DNA of 64,000 nucleotides from an uncultured virus (IMG/VR IMGVR_UViG_2821954623_000003) (IMGVR_UViG_2821954623_000003), one strand, 5' to 3'; shown: positions 51,601 to 61,998, counted from the first letter of the stretch. The notes: generated from the sequence alone by a model not told the origin. Translations and numbers: made by a program.

Positions 51601-52773
51601 AAACTGAATATTAATGCCGATACAATAGTTAAATGGCTAACAGCAAAAGGAATTGATGCTGATGTTATTAAAATCAGTGGTGATAAAGTAACAATTGATA
51701 AGAATGGTATTACAGCAAAAATGGCTGACTTCTTTTTTGAAGATGAGCGTGGGCAGAAATTTTCAGTAACACCAAGGAAGAATCTCATTCCAGATCATGA
51801 CTTTTCACACATTTCTTTTAAGAATTTTAATAATTATTTTTTGAAGATTGAATACAGTCCTACATGGACAATTATGTCTAATCCATATATTGAGAAACCA
51901 GTGGTTAATAATTATGAGCCAATGGTTAATCCGTTGCGGATAGATTTAGGAAACTGGATTCGTTTTACATTATTTGATGGTGTAAAACCAGGTAAGAATT
52001 ACACATTGTCGGCTCATTTCAGAGCAACTACCAATGATAATCGTGTAAACATTACAAACAAGCCAATCATGAGAGCGGTATTCGGTAAATATAACGGTGA
52101 CACTCCCGTGGAGCTTGGACGAGCATCAAAAACTTACGATGCACCAAGCATTCAAACTGGAAAAATAGTAAGATACGCTTTAACCTTCACTGTGCCGAGT
52201 AACTATGTAGAAGGAAATGGTTATGTTTATATTGATTTATTTGGCGAGGGGCTCTTAAATAATATGCAAGCAATTGCTGTATCAGGTGTTCAGTTGGTGG
52301 AAGGTGACGTTCCTTCCGTTTATAACTGGGATACAACACATGGAGAACTCGTAAACGGAACACTGCCTTTTTCTACAATTGCACTTGGTACAAGAGATAA
52401 TACAATTCGGTACAATCATGTGAACAAATGGAACTATATGAATGCGCCACTTGAAATTATGAACAATGGTGAAATGATGGCACTCGTTGGAACTGATCGT
52501 GCGGGACTTAGTTTTTATCCCCGTGGCGGTGGAGAACGTAGAAGTTACATCGGTCACATTTACAACAATGAAAATAGATTCCGAATTGAATCAAAAGATC
52601 CTGTTGCAACGACACAATCAATTGAATGTAATGGGATTAACGTATGTGGTGGATACTTTGGTGCTAATGCAGGTTCTATTCATTATACAAATGGTAGCTT
52701 AGGTTTAGGGTGGTATTTCCATGATGGTAGATGGAATTATGTTGATTTCACAAATATGACTTCTAGAACATAG
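48691..52773 (+). CDS. Tail spike/Tal protein with coiled coil and carbohydrate-binding-like modules
   Basis: Prophage endopeptidase-type N-terminus, heptad region, beta-sandwich C-terminus. Confidence 0.85.
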   Translation: MNKTNNLLHIVDFKTEKIIGVIQEKNYWNDIRQWELKNNIDQLEFNTMDGTKISASLVQQNIIVKQTRDGTFVSYVITEAEQDTADRSKKIHALGEHTKLKKAAVIKPQTLQATTVNESMDFALQGTEWKRGSTEYSGVRTIPIKDFTNPLDFLKQIASTFGLEIRFRIEILGSFIVGRYVDLIKKIGRDNGKEFVLGKDVQGIRRIENSQNVVTALVGVGPSKENPDTGKEEFLTFEDINGGKLYVGNNDALQRWSKDGKHLFDIYSPQTEDQDMTKQRLKQLTEAELKKRIDSSTLYEVDAVALEKVFGLSHEAVRKGDTVRIKDTGFSPPLFLEARLIAADECDTDPSKDKYIFGNYREIADTRSLIDRLYAQIMGSLSNKASKELLDTLDKKLQENVKETEVIRKESEAAKKIAEQVAENLKNNTVDIIEGVNPPTENLKDRKTLWQDISKGKPGILKLWKDGKWDPVVPDVESVKKETLEQVSKDIETTKSELNEKVQEAQKQVTGQFNEVKESLQGVSRTISDVQNKQGEIDKKVTKFEQDANGFKLSIESLTKKDTDINNKLNTVEQTVEGTKKTISDVQQTANDLKKTTTEIKEQAGKISEKLTSVEKQANTLTNKTTEIAKSVDGIRETVTKVENNQGGFDKRVTAVEKNVEGFSQNVSKLQETQTAQGKQIFDAQSTIKQHSDALDMTLKMKDVENYVGGLGSINEIRDAGFTQGNKYWGWATGHSIDTNLKYKGYNSFSMHTTGQTQDVWWGAFSQFIDCSPNEDIVISAYVNTDGKVPIDNGVFIEMEFWQSNKTTRISTARERVQIITNTWVRAICTAKAPAGTGFVRFRPYVQRNGRAWFSMPMLQRGKVATEFWLHPKDQTDADKMIEDIANRVATKDYDKKVTELERSISATEKGVSIISGKQETFINETYNAYVKKTESRLEVLDEGILAQILKDGIMTSINMSPGKITIDAEKLNINADTIVKWLTAKGIDADVIKISGDKVTIDKNGITAKMADFFFEDERGQKFSVTPRKNLIPDHDFSHISFKNFNNYFLKIEYSPTWTIMSNPYIEKPVVNNYEPMVNPLRIDLGNWIRFTLFDGVKPGKNYTLSAHFRATTNDNRVNITNKPIMRAVFGKYNGDTPVELGRASKTYDAPSIQTGKIVRYALTFTVPSNYVEGNGYVYIDLFGEGLLNNMQAIAVSGVQLVEGDVPSVYNWDTTHGELVNGTLPFSTIALGTRDNTIRYNHVNKWNYMNAPLEIMNNGEMMALVGTDRAGLSFYPRGGGERRSYIGHIYNNENRFRIESKDPVATTQSIECNGINVCGGYFGANAGSIHYTNGSLGLGWYFHDGRWNYVDFTNMTSRT

Positions 52774-52781
52774 AGAGGGAG

Positions 52782-53186
52782 ATGAGTATGAATTCAGACA
52801 AATTTATGCGTCCAATGCCACCTAATGAACAGTCACCATTCTTAGGTAGAGTAGTTGATTTGAAGAAAGGTGAAAATCAAGTCACCGTTAGCATTCCAAA
52901 CGATATGCTAGAATTTTGCGGTATCAAGGAAGATACAAAAGTTGAAGTTTGGGGACTTCCTGATGGCACGTTGAATATGCGGATTGCTACTGCATGTGAC
53001 TTATGTAATAAGGGTGGCAGAGTTTACGAGATTGAGCTTTTCGGTAAAGTAAGTCTTATCTGTGCAGACGATTATGTAAAGCTAACTGGGAAGAGCCCAG
53101 GGGCTTCTGATGAAGTAACAATTGAACATGTGGAAGAAGTAGAAAATAGAATGATAGAAGAAGCATTATCAGCAGATCAGTATTAA
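52782..53186 (+). CDS. AbrB/MazE-fold-like protein with Cys motifs
   Basis: VTVSIPNDMLEFCGIKEDTKVEV; CDLC. Confidence 0.5.
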   Translation: MSMNSDKFMRPMPPNEQSPFLGRVVDLKKGENQVTVSIPNDMLEFCGIKEDTKVEVWGLPDGTLNMRIATACDLCNKGGRVYEIELFGKVSLICADDYVKLTGKSPGASDEVTIEHVEEVENRMIEEALSADQY

Positions 53187-53480
53187 CTAAATACATGTAA
53201 ACAAGTAGGGCAGCCATGAGCTGTTTTTAATTTTGAATAAAATACGGTTTTTATAGGCACTCGAAGGGATGTTTTTCTTTTATCTATTTATTTTATATCT
53301 AATTTAGTAGATTCTTTATGGGAAATGGTAATTAAAGGAGAAAGATATAGTGATTTATAACAAGGAGCTGATAGGATTTCTTTGTTTGTTAAATACTTCA
53401 AAAATATTTAATTATAATATCAAGTAATAGTGATATAATTGTTGGTGTTATATATCCAATTTAATATCAGGAGGTATATT

Positions 53481-54854
53481 ATGAAAAAGAAATTTATGCT
53501 AATGATGCTTCTGCTTATATTGATGGTAGGATTACATCCTAATTCAATGACAAAAGCAGAAACCACTAGTACACAAGGGAAACAATTTGAACAAGGAAAA
53601 TATGATTTAGAGGCAGAAGCTCCTTTCGGGCAACACTGGAACAGAAACTCTCCTTATGCAGGGACAGAAACACCTAATGTAAAATGGGAAAATAAACTCT
53701 ATGATAAAGATGGGGGGGGAAATTTCAGTAATCAACCCGCAATTGGGCGTGACGGTACAATCTATATAGGAAATTACAATGGCAAATTATATGCTTTTAA
53801 TAAAGATGGTTCAACTAAATGGATTAAAGATAACTTAATTACGAATTATGGTTCACCAGTTATAGCCGAAGATGGGACTATTTATGTGCCTGGCTATCAA
53901 TTAACAGCTTTAAATCCAGATGGATCGATTAAATGGCAGATTAAAATAAACGCCGTTGAAACACCAATTATAGGTAAAGATGGGACTATTTACGTACATA
54001 ATAACGGTAGACATCGATTAGAAGCCTATAACCCTGATGGTACGTTGAAGTGGGAATCAAGTGAAATTTTTAGTGGAAGAAACCAAGTACTTTCTTCGAT
54101 GCTCTCACAAAATGGAACAATTTATACTGTAGTTACAAGTGGCGAGACTAATTATCTTTATGCTCATGACCAGAATGGCAAAGAATTATGGAAAAAATAT
54201 GTTTGGAGTAATGGAGGTAATACCGGATTTACTCTTGGTTTAAATGATGAAATATATATTAATGGTGGGAGTAAGTTTTATGTGTTTGATAAAAATGGGG
54301 ATTTAATAAAAGAATGGAAATGGCATCCTTACAACCCTTCATATGCATTTTCTGCTCCTGCTATTAATGCTAAAGATGGAACAATTTATGTCAGCGGGGC
54401 AGATGGATTATATGCCTATAATCCAGATTATACATTGAAGTGGAAATATGTCGCTAATCGTTTTACCGGTGCACCAATAATAGATAAAAATGGTGTAGTT
54501 TATATTACTACAAATGGTATTGGCGGAGTATATGCAATAAACCCAGATGGTACACTTAAATGGAGACTCCCAAAGACATATAATATAGTAGATAACTTTT
54601 CAAATAGTTCTATGACCCTTGGTAAAGATGGAACATTATATGCTATGGCAAGTGGAGGAACTGGATATTATTCACTAATTGCTATTGGTGACTCTTATAC
54701 AGACACTGTATGCACTAAAGATAGTACATACATGGAAGTGCTTAAATCGTTGGAAGCAAAGAGTAAAAATGCTAAATTAACAGATGAAGAGAAGTCGGAA
54801 GCACGTGATATTTTAAAGAAATTATCGGATGATCTTGATAAAACAGATAAATAA
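53481..54854 (+). CDS. Secreted PQQ-like beta-propeller protein (moron)
   Basis: Signal peptide; repeated P.IG.DGTIYV...LYA.NPDGTLKW blades. Confidence 0.85.
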   Translation: MKKKFMLMMLLLILMVGLHPNSMTKAETTSTQGKQFEQGKYDLEAEAPFGQHWNRNSPYAGTETPNVKWENKLYDKDGGGNFSNQPAIGRDGTIYIGNYNGKLYAFNKDGSTKWIKDNLITNYGSPVIAEDGTIYVPGYQLTALNPDGSIKWQIKINAVETPIIGKDGTIYVHNNGRHRLEAYNPDGTLKWESSEIFSGRNQVLSSMLSQNGTIYTVVTSGETNYLYAHDQNGKELWKKYVWSNGGNTGFTLGLNDEIYINGGSKFYVFDKNGDLIKEWKWHPYNPSYAFSAPAINAKDGTIYVSGADGLYAYNPDYTLKWKYVANRFTGAPIIDKNGVVYITTNGIGGVYAINPDGTLKWRLPKTYNIVDNFSNSSMTLGKDGTLYAMASGGTGYYSLIAIGDSYTDTVCTKDSTYMEVLKSLEAKSKNAKLTDEEKSEARDILKKLSDDLDKTDK

Positions 54855-54941
54855 ACTTAATTTGATTAATACAATTGAATGGTTTTTGAGAAAAGAGGGA
54901 CAAGCGTCTCTCTTTTTTATTATAAATAAGGAGATGGAAAG

Positions 54942-55367
54942 ATGGATCGTATTGATGTATTAATGAAAGCATTTATTGCTACATTTGGTGGCTTCTGTGG
55001 TTACTTTTTGGGAGGATGGGATGCTACATTGAAAATCTTAGTAATAATGGCAGTTATTGATTATTTAACTGGCATGATAGCAGCAGGATACAATGGAGAA
55101 TTAAAAAGTAAAGTTGGTTTCAAAGGCATCGCCAAAAAGGTGGTGCTTTTTCTTTTGGTCGGCGCAGCCGCTCAATTAGATACAGCACTTGGAAGTAATA
55201 GTGCTATTCGGGAAGCGACAATCTTTTTCTTTATCGGAAATGAATTGCTTTCACTTTTAGAAAATGCAGGACGTATGGGAATACCTTTACCTTCAGCATT
55301 AACAAATGCAGTTGAAATTTTAGGTGGCAAACAAAAACAAGAAGAGAAAAAAGGAGATGTTGAATAG
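54942..55367 (+). CDS. Holin (phage_holin_4 type)
   Basis: DYLTG, SKVGFKGIAKK, NELLSLLENAG. Confidence 0.92.
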   Translation: MDRIDVLMKAFIATFGGFCGYFLGGWDATLKILVIMAVIDYLTGMIAAGYNGELKSKVGFKGIAKKVVLFLLVGAAAQLDTALGSNSAIREATIFFFIGNELLSLLENAGRMGIPLPSALTNAVEILGGKQKQEEKKGDVE

Positions 55368-56128
55368 TGGGTAAATATAGTTTGCATGGTGGTCATACTG
55401 AATTTGTACAAGGAGCTAACTGTGGGAATCGAAAAGAACATATTATGGACCGTCAGGTAAAGGATGCAGTTGCAGTTAAGTTAAGAGCTTTAGGACATAC
55501 AGTTTATGATGATACGGACGAGGTTGGTAGAACTCAAGCGCAAAACTTAAATAACATCGTTCGCAACTGTAATTCTCATAGTGTGGACCTTGTAATTTCA
55601 TTTCACTTAAACGCATATAACGGAAATGCTAATGGAGTTGAGGTATGTTACTACGATCAGCAATCTTTGGCAGCAAAAGTATCAGCACAACTTGCAAAAG
55701 ATATTGGTTGGTCTAATCGTGGTGCTAAAGAGCGTAAAGACCTTGCTGTACTTCGTGGAACTAAAGCACCAGCAATCCTAATCGAACTTGGATTCATCGA
55801 TAACGAGTCCGATATGGCTAAATGGGATGTAGATAAGATTGCTAATTCCATTGTATACGCATTGACTGGACAAACTGTTGGAGGTAGCCAACCAACCGCA
55901 CCAACTCCACCATTTAATCAAAAACGTAATGTTGTAGAGGCAGGAGGAATCGGTAGAGAAAATTTAGCTGATATAGTAGGAGCTTTAAATTCAGTTCACA
56001 TGACGGGTAATTTAAACCTTAAAAGTGATGGGTACATTTATCCTGTAACTGATCCAACTAGCGACGCTCAATTAAAAGCATTCACTGACTATCTTGATCG
56101 CAAAGGCTGGGTATATACAGTTAAGTAA
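55367..56128 (+). CDS. Endolysin, N-acetylmuramoyl-L-alanine amidase (Amidase_3) with cell-wall-binding domain
   Basis: HGGH, E, SFHLNA and LIELGFIDN motifs. Confidence 0.92.
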   Translation: MGKYSLHGGHTEFVQGANCGNRKEHIMDRQVKDAVAVKLRALGHTVYDDTDEVGRTQAQNLNNIVRNCNSHSVDLVISFHLNAYNGNANGVEVCYYDQQSLAAKVSAQLAKDIGWSNRGAKERKDLAVLRGTKAPAILIELGFIDNESDMAKWDVDKIANSIVYALTGQTVGGSQPTAPTPPFNQKRNVVEAGGIGRENLADIVGALNSVHMTGNLNLKSDGYIYPVTDPTSDAQLKAFTDYLDRKGWVYTVK

Positions 56129-56205
56129 AACATACTATGTAACAGCAAATAAACCTTACGTATTTGTGAAATAAAAAAAGTGCTCATAATGTGAGCACTC
56201 TTTTT

Positions 56206-56706
56206 TTATCTGAATTTTTTGTTGTAACGGTACAACATAGTAGCAGCTTCAGCTCTTGTTGCTGCATCGTTTCCGCGACTACCGTCATAAAGACCCTTAT
56301 CTGTTCCCCATGCAATCGAGTTACTGAATCCACCATTAGGTGTCCATGCTTTGGTGTTAAAACGTACTGCATAGAGCGTAGCTATCATTTCATTACGAGT
56401 AATATAGCTCCCCCCACGAGTTCCGTCAGAATACCCTCTACTCATCATATACTGACGTGCTTCGTCGTAATTTTTAACCCAATGCCCATTGAAGCGAGAA
56501 ACCATCATCCAAACATCTTGTCGAAGTGCAGGACTATCTCGGTAATCATTTCGCATAATTCCTTTTCTGAAAGCCCAATCAATTTCCTGATCAGCCCAAT
56601 GTGCTGAAGCTTCTTTCGGGGCGATTGTTGCGAACCCTGTAGATAACGTAATAGCAGCAATTGCAACAACTATAACCTTTTTAAGTTTTTTTAACATCTT
56701 TTCCAT
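56206..56706 (-). CDS. Secreted SLH-like protein
   Basis: Signal peptide, HWA, ITRNE and ATRAE SLH motifs. Confidence 0.75.
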   Translation of the reverse strand: MEKMLKKLKKVIVVAIAAITLSTGFATIAPKEASAHWADQEIDWAFRKGIMRNDYRDSPALRQDVWMMVSRFNGHWVKNYDEARQYMMSRGYSDGTRGGSYITRNEMIATLYAVRFNTKAWTPNGGFSNSIAWGTDKGLYDGSRGNDAATRAEAATMLYRYNKKFR

Positions 56707-56907
56707 TCCTTCCCTATGTGCTTGTCACTTACGTTATATTAATATATTAAAATTACTAAGTAAATAGATATAACGAAATTCACGGTATTCTTTTAGTAAT
56801 AATTTGTGAACTTAACAAGAAAGTGGAATTATATATATGATGTTATTTCCTACAAAAGAATAGTTTGATTAACAAAAATAAGAGCCGTCCTGTTGGGCGG
56901 CTTGTTT

Positions 56908-57249
56908 TTATTTTGCATCAATAATATCAATAAATTTCAACGTCATATTATTGTAAAATGCATCCGTACAAATTATAGATTTATTCAGCGGATCAATATC
57001 AACAACGGTCATATAGTTAGTAAGTAAAAAACCACCTTCGTAATATGTAATCATTATTTCTTCTTCAGAAAGCAACGAACATAATAGCATGTTCTCAATC
57101 AGTTCTTGTTCATCTTGGGTTAATGTAGGGCGTTCTACTTTCGTCTTTTCTTTAACAATCTTACGGATACCAGCGAATTGCTCCGGCATCGCAGCGAACG
57201 GAGTCCATTTAACCATTCCTCTTCCTTTTGGCATATTAGCGTTGTTCAT
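56908..57249 (-). CDS. YolD-like protein
   Basis: RGMVKWTPFAAMPEQ signature; coupled to the Y-family polymerase. Confidence 0.9.
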   Translation of the reverse strand: MNNANMPKGRGMVKWTPFAAMPEQFAGIRKIVKEKTKVERPTLTQDEQELIENMLLCSLLSEEEIMITYYEGGFLLTNYMTVVDIDPLNKSIICTDAFYNNMTLKFIDIIDAK

Positions 57250-58511
57250 GCTTTATGTCCCCCTAACAATGTGTTTCTGTATCTTGCTGTTGCACTATTT
57301 GTATACGAAATTCCTCGTAATATGCTGTTCTTACCAAATTTAGTGCGTATTTCGTCCATTACTTTAGTTAGTTTCAATTCTTTTTCTCTTTGTATTACAT
57401 TATCGAATAGTGAGATTTGTTCTTCGCCTTCATTGATTAAGTTAGTTAAAGAAACATTGATGGATCTAATGGGCTCCCCAGTATAAAACTCATGTAAAAA
57501 ATATGTACAAATCTTATAAATATCCATTGTTAAATTAGTTGGTCGGTTCATAGTGTGAGTTTTTTTGAAACCACCAGAATAATTTTTGCTGTAACCAATG
57601 GAAAAATGAATAGTTTGAGCTAGTTTGTTTTGTCTTCGCATTCGATAACAAACTTCTTCGATATGCTCTAGTAGAATAATTGGGAATTCCTCTATTGTGT
57701 AATCACGCATTAGTATTTGGCTTTTACCAATAGAAGTTGTTGCTGGAACGTATTTTTCTGATATACGGCTAAAATCAATGCCGTTGCTATGTAAGTGTAG
57801 TTCTTCACCAATAACGCCAAAACTTTGTTTTAAGTATTTAAGCGGGTACTGCGCTAAGTCTCCGATTGAATGTATCCCCTTTCGGTTTAACTTCGCTTCT
57901 GTTTTACCTGAAATCCCCCAAAATTTATTAAGTGGTCGTATTGGCCATAATTTTATGGGTACATCTTCGTACTTCCAGTATGCTATGCAATCTTTCGTTT
58001 TCTTCGCTTCCACATCTAACGCTACTTTGCTCATTAAAGGATTAGGGCCAATTCCTATCGTGCATTCAATTCGTGTCTTCGCATATATTTCACGTTTAAA
58101 TTTCAATGCGAAATCATATGGGTCGTTAGCAAACAAATGAATACTATCCGTAATATCCATAAAGAATTCATCAATGGAATATTGGTGGAAATCCTCAACA
58201 GGAACATATTGTAGAGCTAGTTTCGTGATGAAATTGGAGCATTTTATGTAAGTACTCATAATTGGATTCACCACGAGAACATCTTTACGACGAGGTATTT
58301 CATACAACCGTGCCATTTTCTTAACACCTAACGCTTTTAATGGTGGCGTTGCAGCCAAAACAATAGAACCACTCCTATTCACATCACCAACTACAGCTAA
58401 TTTTGTATGAAGCGGGTCTAATCCCATCTTGATACAACTGACTGAAGCATAAAAGCTACGAAGATCTACACATAAAACAATTCGGTTTGGCAATATTGAA
58501 TAGTCATACAC
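57246..58511 (-). CDS. Y-family DNA polymerase (UvrX/YqjW-like)
   Basis: VDLRSFYAS, YSIDEFF, final GGHKA. Confidence 0.93.
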   Translation of the reverse strand: MYDYSILPNRIVLCVDLRSFYASVSCIKMGLDPLHTKLAVVGDVNRSGSIVLAATPPLKALGVKKMARLYEIPRRKDVLVVNPIMSTYIKCSNFITKLALQYVPVEDFHQYSIDEFFMDITDSIHLFANDPYDFALKFKREIYAKTRIECTIGIGPNPLMSKVALDVEAKKTKDCIAYWKYEDVPIKLWPIRPLNKFWGISGKTEAKLNRKGIHSIGDLAQYPLKYLKQSFGVIGEELHLHSNGIDFSRISEKYVPATTSIGKSQILMRDYTIEEFPIILLEHIEEVCYRMRRQNKLAQTIHFSIGYSKNYSGGFKKTHTMNRPTNLTMDIYKICTYFLHEFYTGEPIRSINVSLTNLINEGEEQISLFDNVIQREKELKLTKVMDEIRTKFGKNSILRGISYTNSATARYRNTLLGGHKA

Positions 58512-58531
58512 CGTTATTCCCCCTAAATAAC

Positions 58532-58568
58532 AGAACGTTAGTTCTTATTATATACGAATGTATGTTCT
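58532..58568. promoter_or_regulatory. Two LexA (SOS) boxes
   Basis: AGAACGTTAGTTCT 58532-58545 and CGAATGTATGTTCT 58555-58568 match GAAC-N4-GTTC. Confidence 0.85.
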
Positions 58569-58634
58569 TTTATGAAGAGGTTTTTTCAAAAAAATAATCA
58601 GCCCGAATTTATTGAGCTGATTATTACTAAATTA

Positions 58635-58922
58635 TTAGCCATTAATTGACCATCCGCCATATGGTGGATAATATCCAACTGAACCCCATCCTCCGTAGGG
58701 AAATCCGCTACTTGAAGTCCAACTTCCATATGGTAAGAAACCACCTGAAGTCCAGCCCCCATATGGCGATACAACCATACCACCACCTGTAGTCCAACCT
58801 CCTGTATAAAATTGCTGTGGTGGTAAAAAACCACTAGAACCACTACCATGACCACCATGACTCATAAAATCTCTAGGTGAAATTGAATTGTAAATTCCTG
58901 TAGAACAATAATAAGAATTCAT
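58635..58922 (-). CDS. Gly/Tyr/Trp-rich repeat protein (possibly spore coat/exosporium)
   Basis: PYGGW repeats; AAGGAGGG RBS. Confidence 0.65.
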   Translation of the reverse strand: MNSYYCSTGIYNSISPRDFMSHGGHGSGSSGFLPPQQFYTGGWTTGGGMVVSPYGGWTSGGFLPYGSWTSSSGFPYGGWGSVGYYPPYGGWSING

Positions 58923-59026
58923 TTTATCCCTCCTTTTTAATATTCCATACAATTTATATGTATTTTTAAAAAAATTTTTAGTTCAAGTGAAGGAAAATAA
59001 AAGAAGCCTCATTCTAACGAACGAAG

Positions 59027-59248
59027 CTACATCCAAAAATCATTTTCATTTATGTTTTTTCCTAATTTTTTCAATCCCCTTGTTATTTGGGATATAGTCG
59101 AAAATTTAGGTGCGTATTCTTTATCGTTACATACTTTCGAAATCGTACCTCTACTTAACTTGGCGGCCTTCTCTAAATCCCCTTGTGTAATTCCTTGCTT
59201 GTCTAACCAGCGCCCGAACTTACTACGTTTTTTACCTAATCCGAACAA
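59027..59248 (-). CDS. XRE HTH regulator
   Basis: HTH motif; divergent from the FtsK operon. Confidence 0.75.
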   Translation of the reverse strand: MFGLGKKRSKFGRWLDKQGITQGDLEKAAKLSRGTISKVCNDKEYAPKFSTISQITRGLKKLGKNINENDFWM

Positions 59249-59541
59249 TATTACCACCTCAACCATAGCTTGCCCTTTTCGTCATTTTTTTAAACAAGAG
59301 AAAAAAACTGACATAAAGACCAAACAGTGCAAAATACCATTTACCATACCAAACAAATTACGATTCTCTGTTCCAAATTAATAGCCTTTTAAAACTTCGT
59401 TTCACCTATTCCAAATAGGATTCGCTCACAGAATAATGCTTCAGACATTGAAAGACTAATAGTTTCAACGATTCATATCTGTTTTCATCTCTTCTAATCT
59501 TTAGGGACTATTCTTGCAGAATACACAAAAATAGGTGGTGT

Positions 59542-60843
59542 TTGAATTTGATGTTTGAGTTAGTAAGTTCAGCAACAGTGGGTGGTGTAATTCTTTTCGC
59601 GAAAATGCATCAAAAAGGGGCTACTACCGATGCTTCTAAGATTCAAAGGATTTGCGCGAATTGCGGTTTGAAAGTGAAAGAAGGTAAAGAAACCAGGACT
59701 ATACAGTTACTCCGTAAGACGAGAAATGAGTGGGGAATAGAGTATGCGTATAGAATTCCGCTTGGCCTTAGTTTCTCTGATTTCGAACAAAAGATACAGC
59801 ATTTAGAAGATGGGCTAAATCACAAGAGCAAAGTTTATGATTTCAAACTACAAGACTTCAAATCTCTTCGACTGCAAAAAGATATCTTGAAACAAATACA
59901 AAACATCATAAACAAGAAAAAACTCGTTAGAAAGGAAATTGAGCTGTCTTACGACGGTTTGCTAAAAATAAGAGTTTACGAGAAAGGGATTCCTGATTTT
60001 GTGAAGTTTGAAGATGACATGATGAAGAAATGTAAAGGATGGGAAGTACCTATTGGTTATACAAGGGATGGATTAGTAAAACACGACTTTGATCAGTTAT
60101 CGCACATGATATCAGCCGGTATGACGGACATGGGGAAATCGAATGTATTAAAACTCATTATTACAGCTCTGGTACGAAACCAATCAGACAATATAAAGCT
60201 ATTCCTTATCGATTTGAAGGGTGGTCTCTCTTTCAACCGATACAGATTCCTAAATCAAGTCGAATCAATTGCGAAGAATCCCGAGGAAGCCCTTGAGACT
60301 CTAAGGGAATTGCAAGATAAACTGAATGCTAGAAACGAATACTTACTAGAAAAAGGATATGAAGATATAAAAGAAGCCGGGGATCCAACTAGATACTTTG
60401 TCATTGTAGATGAAGCAGCCGACATGACGCCATATCAGGAGTGCAAGGACATCGTTGTTGATATAGGTCGTCGTGGCAGGGCAGCGGGATTCCGCTTGGT
60501 ATATGCGACACAATACCCTACTAACGAAGCATTACCATCGCAGTTACGACAAAACATTGGGGCCCGTGTTTGCTTTAGATTACAGACAGAAGCAGGGAGC
60601 CGTGCTGTGCTAGACGAGGGCGGCGCAGAGAGTCTTCCCAACATAAAAGGAAGGGCTATATACCAAACAAATGAGAAGAAGGTCTTACAGACTGTTTATC
60701 TCGATAACAAGCAGATTGATAACATCATAAAACCACACATCAATATCAGAGCGAGAAAGGAGCATGAAAATGCAAAAGTTAGCAATGAAGGAAGCGCGAA
60801 CGGAAAGTATACTCTTGAGCTTGAAGAAACTCGGCTTTCTTAG
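59542..60843 (+). CDS. FtsK/SpoIIIE-family ATPase
   Basis: GMTDMGKS, IDLKGG, IVDEAA, GRAAG, ATQYP, GRAI. Confidence 0.9.
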   Translation: MNLMFELVSSATVGGVILFAKMHQKGATTDASKIQRICANCGLKVKEGKETRTIQLLRKTRNEWGIEYAYRIPLGLSFSDFEQKIQHLEDGLNHKSKVYDFKLQDFKSLRLQKDILKQIQNIINKKKLVRKEIELSYDGLLKIRVYEKGIPDFVKFEDDMMKKCKGWEVPIGYTRDGLVKHDFDQLSHMISAGMTDMGKSNVLKLIITALVRNQSDNIKLFLIDLKGGLSFNRYRFLNQVESIAKNPEEALETLRELQDKLNARNEYLLEKGYEDIKEAGDPTRYFVIVDEAADMTPYQECKDIVVDIGRRGRAAGFRLVYATQYPTNEALPSQLRQNIGARVCFRLQTEAGSRAVLDEGGAESLPNIKGRAIYQTNEKKVLQTVYLDNKQIDNIIKPHINIRARKEHENAKVSNEGSANGKYTLELEETRLS

Positions 60844-61360
60844 TAGAAAGCAAATTCAGGTACTTCATGATCTTGGCGGTGACAGGAATGCTTCTCGTGT
60901 AATGAAGGGTATTGAAGAATATGTGTCTAGTTTTAGGGATGGAGAAAAGGTTTATTATCTCAACAAGGAAGGGCGTGAACGTATTGGGAGCAAGAAAATA
61001 CTCAAACGTTCGAATCAATTTCGCCATTATATTATGAGAAATGACATCTACATTGCTTATGAATGCCCGAAAACGTGGAAGCAAGAAGTAAAGATGAATG
61101 TGAAAGGTATCGTTTCTATAATTGCGGATGCGTTATTTACGGATAATGGACGCTATCACATTGTAGAGGTGGATCATGAGCAAAAAATGAGTGCAAACCG
61201 TATCAAGATGCAGAAGTATAGAAAGTTAATGGAATGCAATGTGTTTGAGAAGCCACCCAAGTTTATTTGGTACACCACGACAGAATATAGAAGAAAACAA
61301 CTTCAGAAGCTTTGCGAGGGATTGGATTGCAACATATTTACGGTTACTGATTTTCATTAA
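60764..61360 (+). CDS. Replication-relaxation (Replic_Relax) family protein
   Basis: N-terminal wHTH, H..MRN, ADA...VEVD nuclease-like motif. Confidence 0.8.
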   Translation: MKMQKLAMKEARTESILLSLKKLGFLSRKQIQVLHDLGGDRNASRVMKGIEEYVSSFRDGEKVYYLNKEGRERIGSKKILKRSNQFRHYIMRNDIYIAYECPKTWKQEVKMNVKGIVSIIADALFTDNGRYHIVEVDHEQKMSANRIKMQKYRKLMECNVFEKPPKFIWYTTTEYRRKQLQKLCEGLDCNIFTVTDFH

Positions 61361-61379
61361 AAATAGGGAGATGGACCAT

Positions 61380-61868
61380 ATGGCAACTGAGACAATGAGC
61401 ATCAAAGATTTTATGGATGGTAACTATGGAGCAAAGAAAAAGTGGAGCTTGTTCAAAAAGAAAGCAAAAAAATACGCACCTGTCGCAGTGCGCGTTTCAT
61501 TAGTAATCGGTAGTGCTATTATATTCAGCAACATAATAGATATTCCTCATGTGTTTGCTGATGGAAATAATCCAGATGTGAATGAAGTATTTAAAGATGT
61601 GCAGTCCAATGACGGGGCAATAAAAAATTATATAGATGGCCAATTATACAATCGCATTGTAAATGCGTTTGAACCGGTTATCTTCTTGATTAAAGCGGTG
61701 TCCTATCCGATAGCGTCCGTTGTAGCGTTATGTGGCGGTCTGTTCATTATGGTCGGTAGCCAGGAACGGGGATTCAGTTTGATTTCAAGGGCAGGGATTG
61801 GTTATATAGTTGTTCAAATGATTCCATTGTTTATGCGATTACTTGTTGAGATTGCAAAGGCTATATAA
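61380..61868 (+). CDS. Membrane protein with TrbC/VirB2 pilin-like C-terminus
   Basis: Processing-site-like VFA, two hydrophobic helices ...AGIGYIVVQMIP. Confidence 0.55.
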   Translation: MATETMSIKDFMDGNYGAKKKWSLFKKKAKKYAPVAVRVSLVIGSAIIFSNIIDIPHVFADGNNPDVNEVFKDVQSNDGAIKNYIDGQLYNRIVNAFEPVIFLIKAVSYPIASVVALCGGLFIMVGSQERGFSLISRAGIGYIVVQMIPLFMRLLVEIAKAI

Positions 61869-61998
61869 TTCTATTAATTAAGGGATTATTATTGGGATTA
61901 ATTTTTATAAATTCCTTCTTTTTCTAATCAAAAAATAGTTATATAATGATTGTTGGAATTATATTATTGACGTTTAACATTAAGGGGAGAGAATAGTA

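Noticed and set aside
48691..52773. Diversity-generating retroelement targeting the tail spike
   Set aside because: No reverse transcriptase or template/variable repeat pair seen
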